Positions 36,281 to 45,270 of a DNA stretch of 64,000 nt are shown here, piece by piece. The stretch is from the NCBI GenBank assembly GCA_017461565.1, contig JAFTXQ010000016.1:40178-104177 (forward strand). The letters are read 5' to 3'. Made by a program: the position numbers and the translations under genes. The DNA is from Oscillospiraceae bacterium (GTDB lineage: Bacteria > Bacillota > Clostridia > Oscillospirales > Ruminococcaceae). Below the pieces are notes generated by a model. That model did not search any database, was not told where the DNA came from, and worked only from the letters and a program-made list of their open reading frames with translations. Numbering within the stretch: the first letter of the stretch is position 1; each line of letters opens with the position of its first letter.

Positions 36281-37331
36281 TGCACCCCCTTATCTCGGCG
36301 CTTTTTATTCTTCCTAAGATCTGAATATACTTTCCTTTTCTTCCGCAAGGGCAGTCGTCCTGACCGAGGATGATGCCTTCATCTTCGGTCAGCAGGGAAT
36401 GTCCGGGGTAGGAGTGGGGTAATACAGATACGACCTGAATGATCCCCTTTTCTCCGATACCGCAGGGGGAAAAATCCTTGTAGCTGCGTATTATCACGTC
36501 AGAATAGATGCTTGCGTGAAGATGTCCGCATTCACATTCTGCGTATATGCAGCCTGTCTGCTCCACCATACCGTAGTGATCAAGAAAGTGGCGTATTCCG
36601 CATAGTTCGGTGAAACGGTTTTTGAACTCTTCTCTTGAGATAGCCTGAGCTTCAAGCGTCTTCCAGCCTCCGCCAGTCATGAGAAACGCTTCTGACATAT
36701 CAAGCTTTGTGTCGCTTTTTTTCAGCTCATGATAAAAATGCTGCCAGACCATAAAGGTAAAGCCGAAAATGATAAAGCGCTGTCCGCTGTATTTTTCCAT
36801 AAAATCACGCAGCTTGTCCATGTTTAGCGACATATCATCATTGAGAGCATATACGGTATCTCTTGAGACGATATTCAATCCTATGATAGCTGCGCCACGT
36901 GCGGAAAATTTTGCTCTGTCCTTTATGACGTCCGGTGTGTCGATGACCAGCATTGGCAGTCTTTTGCTGCCCCAGTAATTGCTTAGTATCTTTATCATGG
37001 TCTTCTGCTGCATCATTGCGGTCTCTTTATCGACAAAGATCTTTGAAACGCTTTGTCCTGTGGTGCCTGAGGAGACCATCGTCTTGAAGACATCCTTGCG
37101 GTCAATGCTCATAAGCTCGTATTCCTTGAACATCCTTACAGGAAAGAACGGAATGTCTTCTACCGAGTTTACATTGGTTTTGTCATATCCTACGGATTTG
37201 AGAAAATTATAATAATAACCGCAGCGCTGTGCATGAAGTCCGGTAAGCTCTGTAAGCTCTGCCAGCAGCAACTCGTTTTTTTCCGCAGCGGCAAGAGAAT
37301 ATGGGTCTAGCCTGTAAAAATCATCTATCAT
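36252..37331 (-). CDS. LuxE-family acyl-protein synthetase (adenylate-forming), copy 1
   Basis: IPFFPVRMFKEYEL...SSGTTGQSVSKIF...GGGWK...HYGMVEQTG matches the LuxE pattern. The start at 37331 (MIDDFYRL) forms an ATGA overlap with the upstream stop. Confidence 0.75.
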   Translation of the reverse strand: MIDDFYRLDPYSLAAAEKNELLLAELTELTGLHAQRCGYYYNFLKSVGYDKTNVNSVEDIPFFPVRMFKEYELMSIDRKDVFKTMVSSGTTGQSVSKIFVDKETAMMQQKTMIKILSNYWGSKRLPMLVIDTPDVIKDRAKFSARGAAIIGLNIVSRDTVYALNDDMSLNMDKLRDFMEKYSGQRFIIFGFTFMVWQHFYHELKKSDTKLDMSEAFLMTGGGWKTLEAQAISREEFKNRFTELCGIRHFLDHYGMVEQTGCIYAECECGHLHASIYSDVIIRSYKDFSPCGIGEKGIIQVVSVLPHSYPGHSLLTEDEGIILGQDDCPCGRKGKYIQILGRIKSAEIRGCSDTYADKFK

Positions 37332-38305
37332 CAGCTGTGCCTCAATTCGTTGATTATTCTGTCGGCGATCTGCGTGTCGGTCAGTCCCTTCTGTTCCCAA
37401 ACATAGCGCTGAGATCCGGCTTCGGCAAAGCCATCGGGGAAGCCTATGAACACCTGACGGGGAGTATTGGCAAGCGTTGCTTTGTATTCTGCCACGGCGC
37501 TGCCCATTCCGCCTATGGTATTGTGTTCTTCGACGGTAACGATAAGATCGTTTTCTGCAAATATGTCATCCAGTGTGCTGCGGTCGATCGGTTTTATCGT
37601 GTGCATATTATATACGGAACATTCCACGCCTTTTTCAGCAAGAAGCTCTGCTGCTTTCATGGACTCCGCCACCATAAGACCTGTAGCGATTATTGCTGTT
37701 CTTCCCGCTTTACGCAGGCAGACCATTCTTCCTGCCTTGAAATCATAATCCTCGGTATATACGACAGGGCAATTCAATCCGCCACTCAGACGAATATATA
37801 CAGGGGTATCTGTATTGGCTGCATATTCAGCCATTTTTATCGCTTCAAAGCTATCTGCTGCGGAAAGCACAGTGAGATTAGGGAGTGCACGCATAAACGC
37901 CATATCCTCTGTCGCCCAATGTGAGACGCCTGATTTTGCTGCGACTACTCCTGCTGCAGAACCAACTATTTTTACGTTGCATCCGAGATGAGACAGATGC
38001 TGCCTGATATGCTCAAGGCTTCTTACAGCTATAAAGGAGGCGTAGGTGGTAGCGAAAACGCAGTCTCCGTCCATGGCAAGCCCTGCGGCTATGCCTATCA
38101 TGTTCTGTTCGGCAATGCCTGTGTTCAGGAACTTTTCGGGATGCGCCTTTATAAATCTGTCCATTCCTGAAAGAAGCGCAAGGTCGGCGGTCAGCAGCTT
38201 GACATTGTTTTTTTCTGAAGCTATTTCGGGCATTGCAATTCCGAAAAAAGCGCCTCTTTGTCCCAGCCTTGCCCAGGTCCTGATGTTTGCGGATGTTATA
38301 TTCAT
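37331..38305 (-). CDS. transketolase-family C-terminal subunit, copy 1
   Basis: It contains IRTWARLGQRGAFFGIA...NTGIAEQNMIGIAAGLAMDG...GGMGSAVAEY. Confidence 0.85.
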   Translation of the reverse strand: MNITSANIRTWARLGQRGAFFGIAMPEIASEKNNVKLLTADLALLSGMDRFIKAHPEKFLNTGIAEQNMIGIAAGLAMDGDCVFATTYASFIAVRSLEHIRQHLSHLGCNVKIVGSAAGVVAAKSGVSHWATEDMAFMRALPNLTVLSAADSFEAIKMAEYAANTDTPVYIRLSGGLNCPVVYTEDYDFKAGRMVCLRKAGRTAIIATGLMVAESMKAAELLAEKGVECSVYNMHTIKPIDRSTLDDIFAENDLIVTVEEHNTIGGMGSAVAEYKATLANTPRQVFIGFPDGFAEAGSQRYVWEQKGLTDTQIADRIINELRHS

Positions 38306-39144
38306 GATGTCTGACCTCCGAGAACTTCTGCCTTTGCAAGCTCATATTCCTTTTCCGACAGCCTGTGATGATGCCATTCGGGACGGTTTTCAATAAATGA
38401 AACACCTTTGCCTTTAACGGTATCCGCTATGATAACTCTGGGTCTGTCCGCAGGTTCGTCGGCAAAGGCAATAAGCAGCTCCTGCGTGCTGTGACCGTTG
38501 CAGGATACGACATGCCAGTTGAAGCTCTGCATTTTTCCTGCAAGATCATCTATTCCCATCACGTCCTCGGTGTTTCCGTCGTAAGAGAGATGGTTCCTGT
38601 CTATAATGACAGTGAGATTGCTGAGCTTATAATGTGCAGCTGACATGAAGGCTTCCCATACCGAGCCTTCGTTAAGCTCGCCGTCGCCCATGAGGATATA
38701 CACCTTTGTGCGGCGCTCCTTTTCACGTGCGCTCAGCGCAAGACCTACGCCGACAGAGACAGCCATTCCGAGACTTCCGCCCGAATATTCCAGACCGATC
38801 TCCTGACGTTTTGGATAACCTGTGAGTCTGCCACCGTCCTTCTGGAATTCAAGTACCTCATCATGCGTAATGAAGCCTGCCTCGGCAAGGGCTGGTATAT
38901 GTGCAAGCACGCAGTGATTTTTACTGGGGATAAAACGGTCACGCTGAGGGTCCAGTGGTTGATCAATGCTGTAATTCAGCACTTCGCCGTAAAGAACGGC
39001 GAGGATTTCTATGCATGACAGGCTTCCGCCGAGATGCGATCCGTTATTTCCTGAGGCAAGCGCCATATCCAGTGCGTCAAGCCTCATGCGGCGTGACATC
39101 AGGGCAAGTCTTTCTGCGTTTTCGTTAGATGTATTTATGCTCAT
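38302..39144 (-). CDS. transketolase-family N-terminal (ThDP-binding) subunit, copy 1
   Basis: It contains SHLGGSLSCIEILAVLY...PSKNHC...ILMGDGELNEGSVWEAFMSAAHYKLSNLTVIIDRN. Confidence 0.85.
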   Translation of the reverse strand: MSINTSNENAERLALMSRRMRLDALDMALASGNNGSHLGGSLSCIEILAVLYGEVLNYSIDQPLDPQRDRFIPSKNHCVLAHIPALAEAGFITHDEVLEFQKDGGRLTGYPKRQEIGLEYSGGSLGMAVSVGVGLALSAREKERRTKVYILMGDGELNEGSVWEAFMSAAHYKLSNLTVIIDRNHLSYDGNTEDVMGIDDLAGKMQSFNWHVVSCNGHSTQELLIAFADEPADRPRVIIADTVKGKGVSFIENRPEWHHHRLSEKEYELAKAEVLGGQTS

Positions 39145-39869
39145 ACTCTGCCACCGTCCAATACCATAATATGTCCCGTCATATATGATGCGGCATCTGA
39201 TGCAATATACAATGCGGCAGATGCGATCTCTTCGGGAGAGCCTGTTCTGCCAAGACTCATTCTTTGAAGGACCTTGTTTTTTTCTTCTTCGGACTTATAG
39301 TTGCCCATATCTGTCTCCACAAGTCCGGGGGCTATTCCGTTTACTCTGATGTTATATTTCCCAAGCTCCTTTGCTGCCGAACGGGTTATCCATATCAGCG
39401 CTGCCTTGCTTGAGCCGTATGCGAGATATCCGGGCTCCGTCTCGATACCTCCGACGGAACACATATTGATGATACACCCGCTTTTCTGCTTCATCATTCG
39501 CCGTGCGATCAGCTGCATGATCTGCACCTGTGCAAATACATTTACCTCGTAGACCTCTTTCATTTTTTCGATCGGGGTCATCGTTAGCAGACCGCCGTGT
39601 GCGATACCTGCGTTATTTATCAAGACATCGATGTCCTTTTTTTCTTTTATAATATTTGTTACTGCTGCTTTTGTCTGCTCGGTATCAGCGAGATCGAAGT
39701 ATACAGGTTGGATATCGACATGGTATTTATCGGCAAGTTGCCTGAGATGGTCTTCGAAATCCTTGTTATATTTTCTGGCACAAGCCCAGATATCATAGCC
39801 TGTGGATGCGAAATTCTCTGTAAGAGCTTTTCCTATACCTCTGTTTGCGCCTGTTATTACTGCGTTCAT
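39141..39869 (-). CDS. short-chain dehydrogenase/reductase (FabG-like), copy 1
   Basis: VITGANRGIGKA, NNAG and YGSSKAA are present. The start at 39869 follows AGGAGGG. Confidence 0.88.
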   Translation of the reverse strand: MNAVITGANRGIGKALTENFASTGYDIWACARKYNKDFEDHLRQLADKYHVDIQPVYFDLADTEQTKAAVTNIIKEKKDIDVLINNAGIAHGGLLTMTPIEKMKEVYEVNVFAQVQIMQLIARRMMKQKSGCIINMCSVGGIETEPGYLAYGSSKAALIWITRSAAKELGKYNIRVNGIAPGLVETDMGNYKSEEEKNKVLQRMSLGRTGSPEEIASAALYIASDAASYMTGHIMVLDGGRV

Positions 39870-39926
39870 GTTTCCCTCCTGAGGCTGTTGATATGCCGTG
39901 ATATGCACAAAATACTATACATATAT

Positions 39927-39955
39927 ATCATAAACTAAACGACTGTTTTTGTCAA
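39927..39955 (-). promoter_or_regulatory. near-consensus sigma-A promoter of the minus-strand operon (SDR to MBL)
   Basis: Minus strand: TTGACA (39955-39950), 17 nt, TATGAT (39932-39927). Confidence 0.6.
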
Positions 39956-40021
39956 TAGATTTATTTGGCCTGCGGCTTGTAAGCACCCGTTGTGCGTGGC
40001 GCTGCAAGTGTGCTCGTGTGC

Positions 40022-40050
40022 TTGACAAATACGGTGTGCTGTTGTATAAT
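40022..40050 (+). promoter_or_regulatory. consensus sigma-A promoter of the plus-strand operon (wecE to the ArnF-like gene)
   Basis: TTGACA (40022-40027), 17 nt, TATAAT (40045-40050), exact. Confidence 0.65.
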
Positions 40051-40143
40051 AAAACAAATATACCTATGATCCCTGCGATGCTTTTTGTGAAAGTTATCAT
40101 ACCGGTGTTAAGGGGTAGTAAGTACAACTCAGGAGGTGTGACA

Positions 40144-41274
40144 ATGATTCCGTTCAATGTGCCTCCCCGCACAGGCAGGGAGGAGGAATATGTAGCACAG
40201 GCGATAAACTCCGGAAAGATATGCGGCAACGGCAGGTTTACAAAGGAATGCACCGAGTGGCTAGAAAGCAAGACGGGCTGTCGCAGGGTACTTATGACTA
40301 CGTCCTGTACACATGCGTTGGAAATGGCGGCGATACTTGCTGATATAAAGCCCGGCGATGAGGTGATAATGCCCTCATACACCTTTGTTTCCACCGCAAA
40401 TGCATTTGTAATGCGTGGCGCAGTGCCGGTTTTTGTGGATATCAGACCTGACACTATGAATATCGACGAACAGCTTATTGAGGACGCTGTTACACCAAAA
40501 ACCAAGGCGATCGTTCCCGTGCATTATGCGGGAGTGGGCTGCGAAATGGATGTTATTCTTGATATCGCACGCCGCCATGATCTGATCGTAGCAGAAGATG
40601 ATGCGCAGGGATTGATGGCATCATACAAGGGTAAGCCCCTTGGTACTTTTGGTGCTGTCGGTTGTGTCAGCTTCCATGAGACCAAAAATTATTCCATGGG
40701 CGAGGGCGGCGCTCTCCTGATAAATGACGAGTCGCTTATTGAGCGTGCTGAGATAGTGTGGGAAAAAGGAACAAACCGCAGCAGATTTCTGCGTGGGCAG
40801 ATAGATAAGTACACCTGGGTGGACTGCGGTTCTTCTTATCTTCCGAGCGAGCTTTGTGCGGCATATCTGATACCACAGCTTGAGGATGCGGACAAGATAA
40901 ATGAAGCACGTCTTGCTTGCTGGCGGATGTATTATGACATTCTTACGCCTCTTTCGGAAAAAGGATTTATCGAACTTCCGTTCGTACCGAAGCACTGTAC
41001 ACACAATGCCCATATGTTCTATATAAAAACAAAGGATATCGAAGAGCGTACAGCACTGATTGCACATCTGAAGGAACATGACGTGATGTCTGTTTTCCAT
41101 TATGTACCGCTTCATTCTGCCGAGGTGGGAAGAAGAGTCGGGCGTTTCAACGGCGAGGACCGATATACTACACATGAAAGCGAAAGACTGCTGAGGTTGC
41201 CTATGTATTATGGCCTTAAGACGGAGCATATAGATGAGGTGTGCCGTATCATAGCTGATTTTTACAGCAGATAG
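40144..41274 (+). CDS. wecE: dTDP-4-amino-4,6-dideoxygalactose (dTDP-4-keto-6-deoxyglucose) transaminase, DegT/WecE family
   Basis: MIPFNVPPRTGREEEYVAQAINSGKICGNG.FT..C..WLE...LMTTSCTHALEMAA.L.DIKPGDEVIMPSYTFVSTANAFV.RGA.PVFVD.RPDTMNIDE..., then SFHETKNY (PLP lysine) and EKGTNRS.F.RGQ.DKYTW.D.GSSYL. This is nearly colinear with E. coli WecE as I recall it. The start at 40144 follows AGGAGGTG. Confidence 0.85.
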   Translation: MIPFNVPPRTGREEEYVAQAINSGKICGNGRFTKECTEWLESKTGCRRVLMTTSCTHALEMAAILADIKPGDEVIMPSYTFVSTANAFVMRGAVPVFVDIRPDTMNIDEQLIEDAVTPKTKAIVPVHYAGVGCEMDVILDIARRHDLIVAEDDAQGLMASYKGKPLGTFGAVGCVSFHETKNYSMGEGGALLINDESLIERAEIVWEKGTNRSRFLRGQIDKYTWVDCGSSYLPSELCAAYLIPQLEDADKINEARLACWRMYYDILTPLSEKGFIELPFVPKHCTHNAHMFYIKTKDIEERTALIAHLKEHDVMSVFHYVPLHSAEVGRRVGRFNGEDRYTTHESERLLRLPMYYGLKTEHIDEVCRIIADFYSR

Positions 41275-41308
41275 AACGATAGATTTGATTGATGCTGCGA
41301 GGTGAACT

Positions 41309-42718
41309 ATGGATTTTTATAATGACATAGAAAGATATGGCAGCCGTATTGCCGTTATAACGGACAGTGGAAAAAGTTATTCCTATAAGGAGCTTGCCGA
41401 GGCGGCGGATGCTTCGGCTGTGGCTGTGCCTCCTCGTTCGCTGGTGTTCCTTGTGTGCGAAAATTGCTTTGAGTCAATAGCCGCATATATAGGATTTCTG
41501 CGGAAACGGGCGGTGCCTGTACTTGTTAACCCCAAGATAGATGATGAGATGAAATCGGTGCTTCTTGAGAAGTATCGTCCGCAATATATTTTCTGCCCGT
41601 CGGGTTGGATAAAGTGTGATGACAGTGTTTTTCGTCTGAATGACCATGTCCTTATTGCAACGGAAAACGCTGAGCTTCATCCCATGGATGCGGAGCTTGC
41701 TGTAATGATAACCACATCGGGCAGCACCGGCAGCCCAAAGCTTGTTATGCAGAGCTATAAAAACATCAGTTCAAACGCAGGCTCCATTGCCGAGTATCTT
41801 GAAATACGCAGTGATGACAGAGCGATTACTACCATGCCGATGAGCTATACCTATGGCTTGTCCATAATACAATCCCATCTGCTTATGGGTGCTGCTGTTA
41901 TCGCAACAGAAAAAACCTTAATGGATAAGGGCTTCTGGTCGTTGATGAAGGAGCAGGGTGCTACCACCTTCGGCGGAGTGCCTTATATTTATGAAATGCT
42001 TAAAAGGCTTCGTTTCGGCAGGATGGATATTCCGTCACTGCGTTATATCACGCAGGCAGGCGGAAAGCTTTCCAGAGAGCTGGCGCTGGAATTTTCGGAG
42101 ATATGCCGTGATAAGGGCATAAAGCTTATCGTTATGTATGGACAGACTGAGGCTACTGCAAGGATGGCGTATCTTCCGTGGGAGTACGCCTTTTCAAAGG
42201 CGGGTAGTATGGGTATTCCCATCCCCGGCGGCAGAATGAGGCTCATCGGTGACGACGGCGCCGAAATAACACAGCCTGATATTGTTGGCGAACTTATATA
42301 TGAGGGCGAAAATGTCACTTTGGGATATGCGCTGTCATGGAGCGACCTTGCAAACGGCGACAGCCGAAACGGAATACTGTATACGGGAGACATGGCAAAA
42401 CGTGATGCAGATGGCTTCTATACCATTGTAGGCCGAAAAAAGCGTTTTCTCAAGCTTTTCGGAAACAGGGTTAATCTTGACGAAGCAGAGGCAATGCTTA
42501 ATAAGGAAGGCTATAAATGCGTCTGTGCAGGCAGAGATGACCTTATGAAGATATATATCGAGCAATGTGACGCAGCCGCATCAAAGAATGCGACGGAATA
42601 TATCAGCGGCAGGCTGGGATTGCACCATTCTGCTTTCAAGACTATCGCAATAGACACTATCCCTCGCAGCGAGTCGGGAAAAGTGATGTACTCAAAGCTG
42701 GAGGAGCTTTATGGTTGA
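41309..42718 (+). CDS. ANL-superfamily adenylate-forming ligase (acid--ACP/CoA ligase)
   Basis: The AMP-binding core motif is MITTSGSTGSPKLV, followed later by YGQTE, YTGDMAKRDADGFY and GRKKRFLK. Confidence 0.85.
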   Translation: MDFYNDIERYGSRIAVITDSGKSYSYKELAEAADASAVAVPPRSLVFLVCENCFESIAAYIGFLRKRAVPVLVNPKIDDEMKSVLLEKYRPQYIFCPSGWIKCDDSVFRLNDHVLIATENAELHPMDAELAVMITTSGSTGSPKLVMQSYKNISSNAGSIAEYLEIRSDDRAITTMPMSYTYGLSIIQSHLLMGAAVIATEKTLMDKGFWSLMKEQGATTFGGVPYIYEMLKRLRFGRMDIPSLRYITQAGGKLSRELALEFSEICRDKGIKLIVMYGQTEATARMAYLPWEYAFSKAGSMGIPIPGGRMRLIGDDGAEITQPDIVGELIYEGENVTLGYALSWSDLANGDSRNGILYTGDMAKRDADGFYTIVGRKKRFLKLFGNRVNLDEAEAMLNKEGYKCVCAGRDDLMKIYIEQCDAAASKNATEYISGRLGLHHSAFKTIAIDTIPRSESGKVMYSKLEELYG

Positions 42719-43796
42719 TTATGGTGAAATACTGAATATCCCTCCATATTCCATGCAGAGGGAAGAAAAGCACAGCTTTCTGACGGATATACTGAAAGAG
42801 CTTTCGCTGTTTCATTACGATAATTGTCCCGAGTATAAACGTGTGATCGATGGATTGGGAGTAAAGCTTTCTGACATAACAAGCTTCTGCGATATCCCTT
42901 TTCTTCCGGTTCGCCTGTTCAAGGAGTATGACCTCAGGAGCGTAGGCGGAGAGAACATCACAAAGACGATGACATCGTCAGGTACGACCGGGCAGCAGGT
43001 CTCCAGAATATATCTGGATAAAGAGACTTCGGCAAACCAGACGAAGGCGCTGACTAAAATAGTAGGCTCTTATATAGGGAGCACACGTCTGCCTATGATA
43101 ATACTTGATACATCGGCAGTGGTAAAGGACCGAAAGATGTTTTCCGCCAGAGGAGCAGGTATACTCGGCTTTCAGATGTTCGGACGTGATAAGATATACG
43201 CTCTGGACGAGGCGATGAAGCTGGATATCGAGGGTCTGAGTGCTTTTCTGGAAAAGCACAGTGGCGAGAAGATACTTCTTTTCGGTTTTACTTTTATGAT
43301 ATGGCAGCATTTTTATGAGGAACTCAAGAAAAGCGGATATCGTCCCGATCTTTCCAATGGTATTCTGATCCACGGTGGTGGTTGGAAAAAGCTCGCTGAT
43401 AAGAAGGTCTCACAGGAGGAATTCAAATGCCTGCTGAATGAGGTGTGCGGTATACAGCAAGTATATGATTATTACGGAATGGTAGAGCAGACGGGCACTA
43501 TCTATATGGAGTGCGAATGCGGACATCTCCATGCCAGCATTTTTTCGGATGTTATCGTTCGCCGTCCGCATGATTTTTCGGTGTGCGGCTATGGAGAAAA
43601 GGGACTTGTTGAGGTAGTGTCGATATTGCCTGCGTCCTATCCGGGACATGCTCTTCTTACTGAAGATGAGGGTGTTATACTTGGCGAGGATGATTGCCCC
43701 TGTGGAAGAAAGGGTAAGTATTTTTCAATCCTCGGACGCATCAAAAACGCTGAAATAAGGGGGTGCAGTGATACCTATGCCGATAAGTTCAGATAA
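42711..43796 (+). CDS. LuxE-family acyl-protein synthetase, copy 2
   Basis: It is colinear with 36252..37331 (IPFLPVRLFKEYDL, SSGTTGQQVSRIY, GGGWK, YYGMVEQTG, the shared C-terminus RIKNAEIRGCSDTYADKF). It overlaps the ligase gene by 8 nt. Confidence 0.75.
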   Translation: MVDYGEILNIPPYSMQREEKHSFLTDILKELSLFHYDNCPEYKRVIDGLGVKLSDITSFCDIPFLPVRLFKEYDLRSVGGENITKTMTSSGTTGQQVSRIYLDKETSANQTKALTKIVGSYIGSTRLPMIILDTSAVVKDRKMFSARGAGILGFQMFGRDKIYALDEAMKLDIEGLSAFLEKHSGEKILLFGFTFMIWQHFYEELKKSGYRPDLSNGILIHGGGWKKLADKKVSQEEFKCLLNEVCGIQQVYDYYGMVEQTGTIYMECECGHLHASIFSDVIVRRPHDFSVCGYGEKGLVEVVSILPASYPGHALLTEDEGVILGEDDCPCGRKGKYFSILGRIKNAEIRGCSDTYADKFR

Positions 43797-44979
43797 GGTG
43801 CAGGTGTTATGTGGCTGTAATGACCTTGATGCTATGACTGCACAGTGTGCACTGCCGCCATTCAGCAAAGTTGTATGCGAATTTTTTTCAGCGCTGTCTG
43901 CGGAAATAATGAAGCATCCTGAAGCAAAACAGTATCCTGATGTTGTCACATTCGGCTTTTTTTGCCGAAGGGGAAATATTCAGCGCCTTAAGGATGAGTA
44001 TTCCGATAAGATATCAAACAGGCTGGGACGTGGTGTATCGTTTCATATCGCACCGTCAAATGTGCCGATAAATTTTGCATACAGTCTTGCCGCTGCACTT
44101 CTGGCAGGAAACAGCTGCATCGTGCGAGCTTCGTCAAAGGGCTTCAGACAGATCGGGCTTGTTTGCGAATGTATACAGAACACCATAAGCCTGGTGGAGT
44201 TCAGAGAGATCGCTTCACGCATTTCTGTGATATGCTACGAAAGAAGCAGGGAGATAAATGACCGGCTTTCGGCGCTTGCGGATGTGCGTATAATCTGGGG
44301 CGGAGACGCAACGGTTACGGAACTGAGGAGCTCTCCTCTTTCTCCGAGAGCTGTTGATATAGCTTTTGCTGACAGATATTCACTTGCGGTGATGGACGCC
44401 CGTGCAGTGATCGATACGGCTGATCTGAAAAGGCTTGCACAGGATTTTTATAATGATACGTATCTTTACGATCAGAACGCCTGCTCATCTCCACGGCTTG
44501 TCTATTGGCTGGGTGATAATGAGGATACGGCATCCGCTGCTGAGCTTTTCTGGGAGGCTGTACATAAGGAGGCTGCGGCGAGATATCACATTGAGCCTGT
44601 TGTTGCGGTGGATAAGTATACAGAGGCATGTCGCATGGCGATAGAGCACAATGCCGATATACGATCGGGCAAGGATAACCTGATAAGCCGTATTGTGGTA
44701 GACAGCCTTTCTGCCGATCTGCCTGACCATCGCTGTGCAGGCGGCAGCTTTATCGAATATCATAGCAGCTCGCTTGATGCGCTTAAGACGATAGTTACGA
44801 AAAAATATCAGACGCTTTCGTATTTCGGAGTTGACAGGCAGACGCTTATGCAGTTTGTTGTCGGCAATGGACTGAGCGGTATAGACCGCATCGTTCCGAT
44901 AGGAAAAACTGCAGATTTTTCGCTTGTCTGGGATGGATACGATCTTATAATGCAGATGTCGAGAGTGATCGGCTTCTGA
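43768..44979 (+). CDS. LuxC-family acyl-CoA/acyl-protein reductase, copy 2
   Basis: It is colinear with 35072..36280 (GVSFHIAPSNVPINFAYSLAAALLAGNSCIVRAS, IWGGDATV, DQNACSSPRLVYW). The real start may be the ATG at 43777. Confidence 0.75.
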   Translation: MIPMPISSDKVQVLCGCNDLDAMTAQCALPPFSKVVCEFFSALSAEIMKHPEAKQYPDVVTFGFFCRRGNIQRLKDEYSDKISNRLGRGVSFHIAPSNVPINFAYSLAAALLAGNSCIVRASSKGFRQIGLVCECIQNTISLVEFREIASRISVICYERSREINDRLSALADVRIIWGGDATVTELRSSPLSPRAVDIAFADRYSLAVMDARAVIDTADLKRLAQDFYNDTYLYDQNACSSPRLVYWLGDNEDTASAAELFWEAVHKEAAARYHIEPVVAVDKYTEACRMAIEHNADIRSGKDNLISRIVVDSLSADLPDHRCAGGSFIEYHSSSLDALKTIVTKKYQTLSYFGVDRQTLMQFVVGNGLSGIDRIVPIGKTADFSLVWDGYDLIMQMSRVIGF

Positions 44980-45006
44980 ATACAAAAATAACGGAGGTTA
45001 ACAATT

Positions 45007-45243
45007 ATGACAAATCTGGAGATCTATAATAACGCTTTTAAGGAAGCATTCGAAGTGGATGAGGCTCAGCTTGCAGGCCTTGAATATCAGGGTATTGCCG
45101 CATGGGACAGTGTAGGCCACATGAACCTTATCGCTCTTCTCGAGGATGCTTTTGATATCATGATGGATACCGATGATATCATTGATCTCAGCTCTTATGA
45201 AAAGGGCAAGGAGATAATGGCTAAATATGAAAAGAATATCTGA
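45007..45243 (+). CDS. acyl carrier protein (phosphopantetheine attachment)
   Basis: 78 aa and acidic. The serine attachment motif is AWDSVGHMNLIALLEDAF. Confidence 0.8.
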   Translation: MTNLEIYNNAFKEAFEVDEAQLAGLEYQGIAAWDSVGHMNLIALLEDAFDIMMDTDDIIDLSSYEKGKEIMAKYEKNI

Positions 45244-45270
45244 TAAGAGAAGGGAGCAGGGGGATGCGGT

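Noticed and set aside
35072-37331. LuxE/LuxC could indicate a bioluminescence (lux) operon.
   Set aside because: No luxA/luxB luciferase or luxD transferase genes are present. The context is nucleotide-sugar and ACP genes in an anaerobe-type genome.
32522-39144. The two split transketolase pairs could be ordinary pentose-phosphate-pathway tkt genes.
   Set aside because: This is not excluded, but I judge it unlikely. Both pairs are translationally coupled to SDR, LuxE, LuxC and WecD-like genes inside one operon, and they are diverged duplicates. I kept this as the refutation test for the main finding.
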